A DNA stretch of 32,000 nucleotides from Candidatus Nanosynbacter lyticus (GTDB taxonomy: Bacteria; Patescibacteriota; Saccharimonadia; Saccharimonadales; Saccharimonadaceae), in the NCBI RefSeq assembly GCF_000803625.1, contig NZ_CP007496.1, forward strand, positions 673,139-705,138, in the 5' to 3' direction. The position numbers and the translations under genes were made by a program. The notes beneath the pieces are model-generated. The model did not search any database and was not told the origin of the DNA. It saw nothing but the letters and a program-made list of their open reading frames with translations. Numbering within the stretch: the stretch's first letter is position 1; every line of letters starts with the position of its first letter. Positions 19,551-28,480 of the stretch are shown piece by piece.

Positions 19551-21820
19551 TGGCAAAATTTAAAATTTTTATCTCAACAATAGCCACTGCTATTGGTGTA
19601 TTAGGCCTAGTTTTTTTTGCCAATCAGTCAGGCGCCATCACTTCTAGCGATTGGAAAGCGGGCAATATAGTCGACGATTTCATATTCACAAACTCCGACG
19701 ACATGACAGTTGCTGACATTCAAGCATTTCTTAATAGCATAAATCCAAGTTGTGATACATACGGAACAGGACGTGCTACAGAAAGAGGAAGGGGCGATAT
19801 TACGCGTGCTCAATATGCAGCATCCAGAGGTTGGGCAGGACCACCATATATTTGCTTAAAAGATTATTACGAAGTCCCCAAATATTCACCTGGCGATTAT
19901 ATACCAGCTAACAACTTTAGTGGCTCAATTCCACAAGGTGCTGTCAGTGCTGCACAGATAATTTATGATGCAGCAAAACGCAATAATCTAAGTCCAAAAG
20001 TAATTTTAGTTAAAATCGCTACTGAATCGGCCGGCCCACTCACCACAGATAATTGGCCGTTGCAGAGTCAATATACTTACGCCATGGGCTCGCATTGCCC
20101 AGATAGCGGCCCTGGAGGTAGCGCTAACTGCGACCGCAACTATGCTGGTTTTTCCATGCAGGTAGAATCTGGTGCTCAGCTAATGCGTCAGTATCTTGAT
20201 AACATGGAAAAACCTTGGTGGAAATATAAAAAACCATTTGCAACTAACTCAATCCTATGGAATGTAGTACAGAGTGGCTGTGGCGCTGGAGATGTTTATA
20301 TATCCAGCAAAGCAACAGCTGCACTATATACTTACACCCCGTATCAACCAAATCAGGCCGCTCTTAATAATATGTACGGACTAGGCGACCATTGCAGCGC
20401 TTATGGCAATCGTAACTTTTGGCGCGTTTGGAACGACTGGTTTGGATCGACCCAGTACAGCCGTCCAATCATTAGTTTCAAATCGCATATTAGCTACTAT
20501 GGCTGGACTGGACTAGTACACAATCGCGGCATTACTGGCTTTACCGGCCAGAGCAAATCCATGCAAGCCTTCAGTATCGACGGTGAAGTTACCTATTCGT
20601 CGTATAGCGAGGAACGCGGTTGGCAGCCAACTGTCTATGGAGGTATGCAGTCTGGCACAACCGATCTCAACCGGCCTATTCAAGCAGTCAAAATCCAGCC
20701 AACTGGATCGCTTGCTGCAAAATATGACTTATACTACCGCACGCATGTCAGCTATGTCGGCTGGATGGGCTGGGCAAAAAATGGCGAGCCAGCCGGCATA
20801 ACGGGCGGACCTGGAAATAACATAGAGGCCTTAGAAATCCGGCTTGTTCACAAAGGATCTAGCGCCCCAGAAGATTCAGGCCAAGCTTTCAAGAATATTA
20901 GCACAAAGGGAGATTCTTCGCCGTTAGCAGTCTCAATTAGCTCGCACGTTGGCATGGTTGGCTGGCAACCAGCAGTCACTGATGAAATGATTAGCGGCAC
21001 TACCGGCCAAAGCCGTCGGATTGAAGCCGTCAAAGCCTCCCTTATTAATAAAACTGGCATTTCTGGCGACCTTCGCTATTCGTCTCACGTCTCATGGGTT
21101 GGCTGGCAAGACTGGAAAAATGCAAACGAAATATCAGGCACTACTGGTCAGTTCAAATCAGTCGAAGCAATTCGTTTTATGCTCACTAGCGACCTTGCAA
21201 AATCATACGATATCTGGTATCGTGCTTATTCGCAGTATGTCGGCTGGATGGGTTGGGCAAAAAATGGCGAGCCAGCCGGATCAACTGGCGCAACCAGACA
21301 GCTTGAGGCCATCCAGATTCGTATAGTGCCAAAAAATTCAATCGCCCTACCTAGCGGCGCATTCTACAACCCAGCCAATACGCCTGTCCCAGATTTGTAT
21401 GATCTCAGCTATTCAACCCACGTCAGCTATGTTGGCTGGATACCAAATGTATCCCAGGGTGTCATGTCTGGTACAACGGGGCGATCGTTCGCCGTTGAAG
21501 CACTACGCATTGCCAAAGCTATATCACAACGCGACGGATCGACCATCACCATCCGCTGCTCGTCAAAATCGGCTAACGACCCTTGGTCGGCAGATATACC
21601 TGTGACTGAACAACAAATCTGCGGCACTACCGGCCAAACAAAAGCGCTCAATGGCATAAAACTATCCCTCAGTGAAACCGACGCCAAGAAATATGATATT
21701 TACTACCAAACTCACCTATCATGGATTGGTTGGCAAGAGTGGAAAAAGAACGGTGAGGTTGCCGGCGATAAACCAGGATCACACATTGAAGCTGTTAGGA
21801 TAAAGCTTGTTGAAAAATAG
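19547..21820 (+). CDS. Secreted protein: lysozyme/glucosaminidase-like N-terminal domain plus C-terminal ChW repeats
   Basis: Signal-like N-terminus; domain with GAVSAAQIIYDAAKRNNLSPKVILVKIATESAGP...YAMGSHCPDS...YAGFSMQVESGAQLMRQYL; then repeated HVSYVGWMGWAKNGEPAGxTGxxxxxEAIxIRL units matching the clostridial hydrophobic-W (ChW) consensus. Confidence 0.8.
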   Translation: MMAKFKIFISTIATAIGVLGLVFFANQSGAITSSDWKAGNIVDDFIFTNSDDMTVADIQAFLNSINPSCDTYGTGRATERGRGDITRAQYAASRGWAGPPYICLKDYYEVPKYSPGDYIPANNFSGSIPQGAVSAAQIIYDAAKRNNLSPKVILVKIATESAGPLTTDNWPLQSQYTYAMGSHCPDSGPGGSANCDRNYAGFSMQVESGAQLMRQYLDNMEKPWWKYKKPFATNSILWNVVQSGCGAGDVYISSKATAALYTYTPYQPNQAALNNMYGLGDHCSAYGNRNFWRVWNDWFGSTQYSRPIISFKSHISYYGWTGLVHNRGITGFTGQSKSMQAFSIDGEVTYSSYSEERGWQPTVYGGMQSGTTDLNRPIQAVKIQPTGSLAAKYDLYYRTHVSYVGWMGWAKNGEPAGITGGPGNNIEALEIRLVHKGSSAPEDSGQAFKNISTKGDSSPLAVSISSHVGMVGWQPAVTDEMISGTTGQSRRIEAVKASLINKTGISGDLRYSSHVSWVGWQDWKNANEISGTTGQFKSVEAIRFMLTSDLAKSYDIWYRAYSQYVGWMGWAKNGEPAGSTGATRQLEAIQIRIVPKNSIALPSGAFYNPANTPVPDLYDLSYSTHVSYVGWIPNVSQGVMSGTTGRSFAVEALRIAKAISQRDGSTITIRCSSKSANDPWSADIPVTEQQICGTTGQTKALNGIKLSLSETDAKKYDIYYQTHLSWIGWQEWKKNGEVAGDKPGSHIEAVRIKLVEK
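20463..21817 (+). repeat. Nine ChW-type protein repeat units (eight recognisable, one degenerate)
   Basis: Unit cores: HISYYGW, YSEERGW, HVSYVGWMGW, HVGMVGW, HVSWVGW, YSQYVGWMGW, HVSYVGWIPN, degenerate ANDPWSADIPVTEQQICGTTGQ, HLSWIGWQEW; most are followed by (S/A)GTTG-like turns and an EA(L/I)xI strand. Confidence 0.8.
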
Positions 21821-21825
21821 AATCT

Positions 21826-24024
21826 CTATTTGTATATATCAACAATCCGCTGCTCAAGCTTACTCCACTGATAAGCTTGAGCAGTTTTTTGACCATTTTT
21901 AATGATTTTATCGCGCAGTTTTTTATCGTTTAGTAACTTTTCGACAGCTGCAACGCCCGCATCGATATCGCCTTGGCGATAAAATAGACAGTTGTAATCA
22001 TCTTTTAGATATTCAACATTGCCACCATTTGGTACTACAACAGATACGCCGCCAGTCGCCATCATTTCAAGCGGCGGATATGAAAAGCTCTCAACGATAC
22101 TAGTTTTAATCAAAATATCGCAGCTTGCGTACACTTCTCCAACTTTTTCTGGAGCAATACGATTATAAAATCTATCGACTCGGTACCAATCTTTTGGTTC
22201 CTTGCGATATGATAAATACAAAATCTCAAATTTATCAGGGTCAAGCCTCTCAACGATACGAAAAGCTTCGTCAGTATTTTTATACTCACTTTTGCTGTCG
22301 CCTTCAATAAGTATCTTTATTTTGCCCGTAAAATCACGTTTGCGATATGGGTACAATTCAAGATCAATTCCATTTGAGACATACTCGGATTCTTTATGAA
22401 AGACATCTTTCAACCACTTCTGACACCATAGCGACATCGTAATATACCGTATACCAGATTGATCGCAGTAAGAAGCGTTTGCCAAAAAGCGCGGTTCACC
22501 AGTGCCTGGTATATAAAAATCCGTTTCAAAGTTTTGCACAAAATAAAGCCGACTACGAACATTAGGCTGCTTCTTAACTAGCTCAACAGTTGACCACAAC
22601 GTTGCAACCTGCGTGTCAAAAAACGCTTTCATTTTAGTTTTGTGCGTAGCAACGACATTAAATCCAGGCAACTCATATCTATAGCTATAGGTTTTCTTAG
22701 CAATTTTTAGAGCGTGCTTACTGACTGCATCAATTAGCGTCACGTCCCAGCCATGTCTTCTTAGTACATCAGCATGCTTTAAGGCGACAATTACTCCTCC
22801 CGAAATATCGGTCGACGGCAGAACAAAACCGATATTTCGCGCCAAATGCTTCCTAATAAACGAAGCTAGGTTATAGCCAGTGTACACCGTCGAATAGTTA
22901 TGAATTATCTCCTCGTGAGCTTTATCTGCAAGTTTACCGCGCAAAGCCGAGTCTGATACTAGTAAGTCAAGCGCTTTAAACCACTCTGTGTCAGTATTGT
23001 TTACTAGTATGCCTGTTTCGTTATTCTGAATTTTCTCTGCAAAAGCGCCAATATTGCTGGCTATGGTTGGAATCTTTACAAGAGCCGCCTCAACCCATTT
23101 ATTCTCAGATTTTGCGCGGTTAAAAATCGTATCAACCAGCGGCGCTAAAACAATATCGCACTCCGCCATAACAGCTGGCAATTCTCGCCAATCAACAAAT
23201 CCTGACGTAATAAGACGCTCTTTATACGGATCAAGGGCGTCTGGAACATCCAGAATGCCAGCAATTTTAAGGTAAATTTGCGGATACTTTTCGAATATTT
23301 TAATAAGACTAGGAATAACGAGATCGAAATCTTCATTATGGGTAATGCTTCCACTGAAATAGCCGACGATAATTTTGTTATTATCTTTACTAACCGCCTC
23401 AAGCGCTAAATTAGATAGCTTAATCATTTCATCAGATGCAACATTGCGGTTAATCAACACTTCACCCTTCGTGTAATGCTGTAGCTCCTCTTGCAGTTGA
23501 GTAGTCGTGGTAACAACATGATCGCACAACTCCAGCGTTTCGCGCATTCGATTAACACCGTCGTCGTAGAGCTGCTTATCATCGACGCTCATCTGTTGAA
23601 CATATTTAATTGAATCAGTATATTTCTGGTCAATTACTAAATCATCGATATCAAAAAAACAGGTTTTATTAAAATAATGCGCCTGCTTGATAAACTCACG
23701 AATCGTATCAGTTATTGGGCAGCGGAAAAATACAAATCCGCGATAATACTTCAATTGATCAAGCGATAATCTATCATAAAAAATGCTCTCAACAGTTAAC
23801 CCCTGCGACATTAGCTGTTCCATCTGGTGAGCAACACGATATCGTTCTGGATGAGGCAGTGTGCAGCCATTTATAAATAATATGTCTTTATATTCCATCT
23901 TTCTTTTATCGGGAAACTTACGATAGTATAAATACTTTGCCGTACGCTTAGTAAATCGAACAAGGCCATCGTCCTTTATAATAACAGTACTTTTCTTTAC
24001 AAGATTATTAACTTTTCGTATCAT
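21826..24024 (-). CDS. Two-domain glycosyltransferase (fused GT4-like modules)
   Basis: 732 aa; first module KIIVGYFSGSITHNEDFDLVIPSLIKIFEKYPQIYLKIAG...KWVEAALVKIPTIASNIGAF; second module IGFVLPSTDISGGVIVALKHADVLRRHGWDV...YASCDILIKTSIVESFSYPPLEMMATGG. Confidence 0.8.
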   Translation of the reverse strand: MIRKVNNLVKKSTVIIKDDGLVRFTKRTAKYLYYRKFPDKRKMEYKDILFINGCTLPHPERYRVAHQMEQLMSQGLTVESIFYDRLSLDQLKYYRGFVFFRCPITDTIREFIKQAHYFNKTCFFDIDDLVIDQKYTDSIKYVQQMSVDDKQLYDDGVNRMRETLELCDHVVTTTTQLQEELQHYTKGEVLINRNVASDEMIKLSNLALEAVSKDNNKIIVGYFSGSITHNEDFDLVIPSLIKIFEKYPQIYLKIAGILDVPDALDPYKERLITSGFVDWRELPAVMAECDIVLAPLVDTIFNRAKSENKWVEAALVKIPTIASNIGAFAEKIQNNETGILVNNTDTEWFKALDLLVSDSALRGKLADKAHEEIIHNYSTVYTGYNLASFIRKHLARNIGFVLPSTDISGGVIVALKHADVLRRHGWDVTLIDAVSKHALKIAKKTYSYRYELPGFNVVATHKTKMKAFFDTQVATLWSTVELVKKQPNVRSRLYFVQNFETDFYIPGTGEPRFLANASYCDQSGIRYITMSLWCQKWLKDVFHKESEYVSNGIDLELYPYRKRDFTGKIKILIEGDSKSEYKNTDEAFRIVERLDPDKFEILYLSYRKEPKDWYRVDRFYNRIAPEKVGEVYASCDILIKTSIVESFSYPPLEMMATGGVSVVVPNGGNVEYLKDDYNCLFYRQGDIDAGVAAVEKLLNDKKLRDKIIKNGQKTAQAYQWSKLEQRIVDIYK

Positions 24025-24026
24025 TA

Positions 24027-25436
24027 CTAGTTCTCCTTTATTGTTATATACGGATTATATAGCGTCCTAAATCCTTTATTACAAAGCGCTTTGGTTAGCG
24101 ATTGACTATCTATCTTTGTTGATTGATCAATCAAGGAAAGCTTTTTTCTCTCTATAAATAGTACCGAAGAGCATACATCTTTAAGATTATATTTCGAGGT
24201 TAAGTAAATGTGTTTCGTAAATGACCGTCTACTCAATTCCTGTATAAATTTCACGATTTTTTCATCTAAAATAGACTTTAAATTTCCTACAACTTGGCTC
24301 TCGTCATATATTCGCGGAATTACAGCACCAATGTCTTCTCTAAATATATCACCTAATAAACTATAATCTCCAGAATAATCAACTGAAGAGTTTGAAAATA
24401 TTATTACATCTGAAGTTTCTCTACTCAAAACATTACCAACACTATCATCCCTGCTAAATAATATATTATTTACAGTGACATCTTGTTGAGAAGGGCTAGA
24501 ATATCGCATACACCACTGAGCGCCATATAAAGAATCTCGTACTACCTCGGCCTCCATATGACGCTTTTTAATATCATCCGTTAAGGCTTTTTTTTGAGCA
24601 CCAATAACATAAGGTTTTGCATCTAGGTTTCCTGCCGTAGAATTATTATGAACACGCCAATAATAAAGAATCTTCGGTATATGAGCAATCTGACTTGATT
24701 TTAGTGTTCGCGTTGCCCTCAAAAATAATTCCCAGTCCTGAGTTCCGTTGTATACGCCATCTTCACCTCCCAGTTCTATTAGAGAATCGCGCTGGATTAT
24801 AGCAAAATGTGTAATATAGTTTATTGATCGCAAAAAATCAATATTCCAATCAGGCTTAAAAAATGGCTGATACTGTCGCCCTTTCTCATCAAGCTTAACT
24901 TCATCAGTATATATAAATTTTACGCCAGGCAATTCATTTATCTTATTAACAACCAATAGAAGAGCATCTTTATGTAGCATGTCATCATGATCTAATAACC
25001 CTATATATTCACCATTAGCTTTATTAATACCATAATTTGTTGCCCCTGCTATGTGTCGATTAGTTTTTAGAAAAAAAGGCTTTATTTTCGTATTGTTTTT
25101 TGCAATCTTTCTAATCTCATGTTTTACATCATCATTAGGTGAGGCATCATCAACAATAATCAATTCCCAATTATCATAAGATTGACCTTCAACTGATTTA
25201 ATCATATCCCTCAAGTATTTAACTGGGGTATTGTACGTCGGAACAATAATAGAGATAAGAGGTTGTTTGTCTATTTTTTTATTTATAGGCTGATTGTGTG
25301 TTTGTCTATTTTCCCATTTTTCATAGATTTTTCTCTGTTGCGTATCAAGATATCTCCTGTACGGCGCCATTATTAGTAATATAAAATTATAAAGGTATCT
25401 CCTGCGCTTTATGATATTTTTTAAATAATTCAGCAT
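24027..25436 (-). CDS. GT2-family glycosyltransferase
   Basis: PLISIIVPTYNTPVKYLRDMIKSVEGQSYDNWELIIVDDASPNDD, NRHIAGATNYGINKANGEYIGLLDHDDMLH. Confidence 0.88.
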   Translation of the reverse strand: MLNYLKNIIKRRRYLYNFILLIMAPYRRYLDTQQRKIYEKWENRQTHNQPINKKIDKQPLISIIVPTYNTPVKYLRDMIKSVEGQSYDNWELIIVDDASPNDDVKHEIRKIAKNNTKIKPFFLKTNRHIAGATNYGINKANGEYIGLLDHDDMLHKDALLLVVNKINELPGVKFIYTDEVKLDEKGRQYQPFFKPDWNIDFLRSINYITHFAIIQRDSLIELGGEDGVYNGTQDWELFLRATRTLKSSQIAHIPKILYYWRVHNNSTAGNLDAKPYVIGAQKKALTDDIKKRHMEAEVVRDSLYGAQWCMRYSSPSQQDVTVNNILFSRDDSVGNVLSRETSDVIIFSNSSVDYSGDYSLLGDIFREDIGAVIPRIYDESQVVGNLKSILDEKIVKFIQELSRRSFTKHIYLTSKYNLKDVCSSVLFIERKKLSLIDQSTKIDSQSLTKALCNKGFRTLYNPYITIKEN

Positions 25437-25440
25437 CCCT

Positions 25441-26604
25441 CTATTTCCACGTATGGTCTAATTTAGTAACACCACCCCAACGCCCACTTTCATAATCCCG
25501 TTGAACTGAAAAATGAGGACCTTCTTCTATAAAAGCTATAGTGTCTATATCTCTTTTTCCAGTTAAGCCAGCTTTTATAAAATAATCCCCCTCATTAAGG
25601 TTCAACTTAACTGTATACTCTGCTTTGTTTTTGTGCTTAATTTTATATTGATCCTGATAGGTATTAGGGCCAAATACATATTCTCCATTTTCTCTAAATA
25701 TAGCAACTCCGATATTCTTTACGTTAGGCTGCTCCCAAGATAATTTAATTGTAATCTGTTCATTATACTTAAAGGAATTATTCTCTTTACCTTGACTATC
25801 GTATATGCGTACATCAAAAGGTGCGGATGATCGATTAAAATTATGTGTTTTTGCGTGTTCTAATTGATTACTCATGCTATATGCAGCGGCAACTATATGA
25901 GGTTTTCCTTGTATCTTTACTTTGCCGTTCTCTATTAGTACAGCTTTATTGCAAAAACGCTCTACAGCTCCCATATCGTGAGTCACTAATATGACAGTCT
26001 TATTTTCACGCTTTAATTTATCAAAATAAGCATAGCATTTTTTCTGAAATGCCTCATCGCCAACCGCCAGAACCTCGTCAAGCATTAAAATGTCACCCTT
26101 AGCTTTTATCGCAATAGAGAATGCTAAGCGAACTTGCATACCACTTGAATAATTCTTCAGCCTCTCTTCCATAAAATCATGCATTTCAGCAAAATCAACA
26201 ATATCATCGTACATTTCATCAACTTCTTTTCGACTGAATCCTAGAAGTGCACCATTCAAATATACATTATCCCTGCCGGACAATTCAGGATTAAATCCAA
26301 CACCTAATTCGATAAAAGGAACTAATTTACCTTTTGTGCGTATATGACCCTTATTAGGTGTATATATACCTGCTATTAATTTCAATAAGGTACTTTTACC
26401 AGACCCATTTTTACCAACTATTCCAAAAAAATCACCCTCTTCAATACTGAAAGAAACGTTTTTTAGCGGAGTAAAGTCTCTATAGCCTTTTTTTCTCAAC
26501 AAAAAGCCTACAACTTTCTGCTTAAACATATTCACCGACTCAATTGGAATTCTGAAAGTTTTAGTTACTCCGACGATTTCAACTATATTATTTTTTGCCA
26601 TCAT
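25441..26604 (-). CDS. ABC transporter ATP-binding protein for polysaccharide export (Wzt/TagH-like) with C-terminal carbohydrate-binding-like extension
   Basis: Walker A GIVGKNGSGKST, signature LKNYSSGMQVRLAFSIA, Walker B ILMLDEVLAVGD; C-terminal beta-rich domain. TAATG overlap with the permease. Confidence 0.9.
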   Translation of the reverse strand: MMAKNNIVEIVGVTKTFRIPIESVNMFKQKVVGFLLRKKGYRDFTPLKNVSFSIEEGDFFGIVGKNGSGKSTLLKLIAGIYTPNKGHIRTKGKLVPFIELGVGFNPELSGRDNVYLNGALLGFSRKEVDEMYDDIVDFAEMHDFMEERLKNYSSGMQVRLAFSIAIKAKGDILMLDEVLAVGDEAFQKKCYAYFDKLKRENKTVILVTHDMGAVERFCNKAVLIENGKVKIQGKPHIVAAAYSMSNQLEHAKTHNFNRSSAPFDVRIYDSQGKENNSFKYNEQITIKLSWEQPNVKNIGVAIFRENGEYVFGPNTYQDQYKIKHKNKAEYTVKLNLNEGDYFIKAGLTGKRDIDTIAFIEEGPHFSVQRDYESGRWGGVTKLDHTWK

Positions 26605-27425
26605 TATATATCCTCCGCAAAATACCGTGATTTTTTAGAAAAATAATAAACTCCAAATATTACCGTAATTAGTATTATTAGCCACGGTATTATGATACGC
26701 CAATCATGAATTAAATCAGTTGCTCTAATAATCGAACCATCTTGATTTATCAATACATACCTAGCATCTTGAATAATTTGCGTTACTGGATTAATAAAAA
26801 GTAGCTCTGCTGCCACACGACTGCGCTCTAGTGCCATTTGTAAAGGATAAATAATCGGAGCTGCGTAAAAAGCCGCTTGCAGAAAGATTTCCCAAATATA
26901 GCTAGTGTCACGATATTTCACGTTAAATACAGATAACAACAATGCTATACCTAAAGAAAATATATATAACTCGATAATAAGAGGAATAATCCATAGTGCC
27001 GAGAAAGAAAGGCTTACGCCATTTAACAGAATAAATATTAGAACTACGCCTAGATTAATAAATAAGTTGATTAAAGAAGATACTGTTCCTGATATTACAA
27101 TAATATACTTTGGAAAATTTAATTTTCTAATCAAATCTCCCCTATTAACGATAGACCCTAGTCCATTACTTGTCGCTTCTGTAAAGAATGACCACAGAAC
27201 AATACCTAACAGCATTGTTACGGGAAAATGAGGTATTCCCCTGTCTAATCTTAGTATGTGTACAAAAACAACATACAGGATAGCAAACAGAAACAGCGGT
27301 TTTAGTACACTCCATACATAGCCTAAAACCGAGCCCTGATATCTTAATTTAAAATCAGTTACAATAAGTTCTCTTAATAATATAAGGTTTTGACGACCTA
27401 AAAAGTTTAGAGGTTTCCACATCAC
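26604..27425 (-). CDS. ABC-2 type polysaccharide export permease (Wzm/TagG-like)
   Basis: LILRELIVTDFKLRYQGSVLGYVWSVLKPLFLFAILYVVFVHIL and SSLINLFINLGVVLIFILLNG, six TM helices; adjacent ATPase. Confidence 0.9.
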   Translation of the reverse strand: MMWKPLNFLGRQNLILLRELIVTDFKLRYQGSVLGYVWSVLKPLFLFAILYVVFVHILRLDRGIPHFPVTMLLGIVLWSFFTEATSNGLGSIVNRGDLIRKLNFPKYIIVISGTVSSLINLFINLGVVLIFILLNGVSLSFSALWIIPLIIELYIFSLGIALLLSVFNVKYRDTSYIWEIFLQAAFYAAPIIYPLQMALERSRVAAELLFINPVTQIIQDARYVLINQDGSIIRATDLIHDWRIIIPWLIILITVIFGVYYFSKKSRYFAEDI

Positions 27426-27441
27426 TATTCTAGTATATAAT
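27426..27441. promoter_or_regulatory. Overlapping divergent -10 elements between the ABC exporter and a GT2 gene
   Basis: Minus -10 TATACT (27432-27437) lies 6 nt from the GTG start at 27425. Plus -10 TATAAT (27436-27441) lies 12 nt from the ATG at 27454. Confidence 0.55.
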
Positions 27442-27453
27442 AGTTAGTGTATT

Positions 27454-28467
27454 ATGAATAGACTTGCAATTATAGTACTGAACTGGAATGGGTCTGATGA
27501 CGCCATAGAGTGCATCGAATCTCTAACTAAGCAAACTTTAAAACCTACTATCATCGTCGTGGATAATAATAGTAGCGATAATTCTGTTTCCGTATTTGAG
27601 AAATATATTTCAATACATAAAAGAGAAGACATTACTTTAATTAAAAACCCACGAAATCTAGGGTTTGCTGGCGGAATTAACACCGGATTGGTTTATGCAC
27701 GCAAACAAGGTTTCGAGTATATTGGCGTGCTGAATCCAGACGCAATTGCCGATAAAGAATGGTGTCAAGCACTCGTTGACGAACTATCTAGTCATCCAAA
27801 ATGCGGCATTACAACTGGAATTTTACAGCGTCGCAACAGTAAAACTCTCGACACAACCGGCGATTTCTATACTACCTGGGGTCTACCTGGCCCAAGAAAC
27901 CGCGATGAGCCTATAAAAAATGCACCCAACAAAACTGGTGAAGTTTTTGGCGCGACTGGCGGCGGAGCGATTTATCGCGCGGCAATGTTTGACGATATCG
28001 ATATGTTCGACGAAGATTTTTTCATGTATTACGAAGATGTCGACCTCAGTTTTCGCGCCCAACTAGCCGGCTGGAAGGTCCGCTTTACGCCCAAAGCCAT
28101 CGCTTATCATAAGGTTGGCGCCAGCAGCAAAAAAGTGCCTGGTCTCGCCGTTTATAATACCTTTAAAAACCTGCCGTTAGTTTTCATTAAAAACGTTCCA
28201 GGGAAGTTATTTTGGTATATTGGCCTGCGCTTTTTCTTAACATATTGGCTGATTTTTGCTAGCGCTTTCCGCCACGGCAACGGCTGGCCAGCTTTCAAAG
28301 GTATATTAGCCTCAATAATTCGTAAACCTGCTGCTTACCATAAACGCTGGTCTATTCAAAAAAACCGCAAAGTCTCTGTCAACTACATCCGCAGTATTAT
28401 CCACGATGGGCCGTTACCCAATCAAACCGGACTGCTGAAATTTAAGCGTTTTTTCAGGATAAAGTAA
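27454..28467 (+). CDS. GT2-family glycosyltransferase (rhamnosyltransferase RfbF/WbbL-like)
   Basis: LAIIVLNWNGSDDAIECIESLTKQ, VVDNNSSDNS, NPRNLGFAGGINTGLVYARKQG, FFMYYEDVDLSFRAQLAGWKV. Confidence 0.87.
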   Translation: MNRLAIIVLNWNGSDDAIECIESLTKQTLKPTIIVVDNNSSDNSVSVFEKYISIHKREDITLIKNPRNLGFAGGINTGLVYARKQGFEYIGVLNPDAIADKEWCQALVDELSSHPKCGITTGILQRRNSKTLDTTGDFYTTWGLPGPRNRDEPIKNAPNKTGEVFGATGGGAIYRAAMFDDIDMFDEDFFMYYEDVDLSFRAQLAGWKVRFTPKAIAYHKVGASSKKVPGLAVYNTFKNLPLVFIKNVPGKLFWYIGLRFFLTYWLIFASAFRHGNGWPAFKGILASIIRKPAAYHKRWSIQKNRKVSVNYIRSIIHDGPLPNQTGLLKFKRFFRIK

Positions 28468-28480
28468 TATTCTTAGCGAA

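Noticed and set aside
21399-21687. Short ORFs on both strands within the ChW repeat region
   Set aside because: Products of the repetitive coding sequence in alternate frames; no independent support.
20463-21817. Possible CRISPR or DNA-level tandem repeat
   Set aside because: The periodicity is at protein level (ChW units) with variable spacing and diverged DNA; no short exact repeats with unique spacers.
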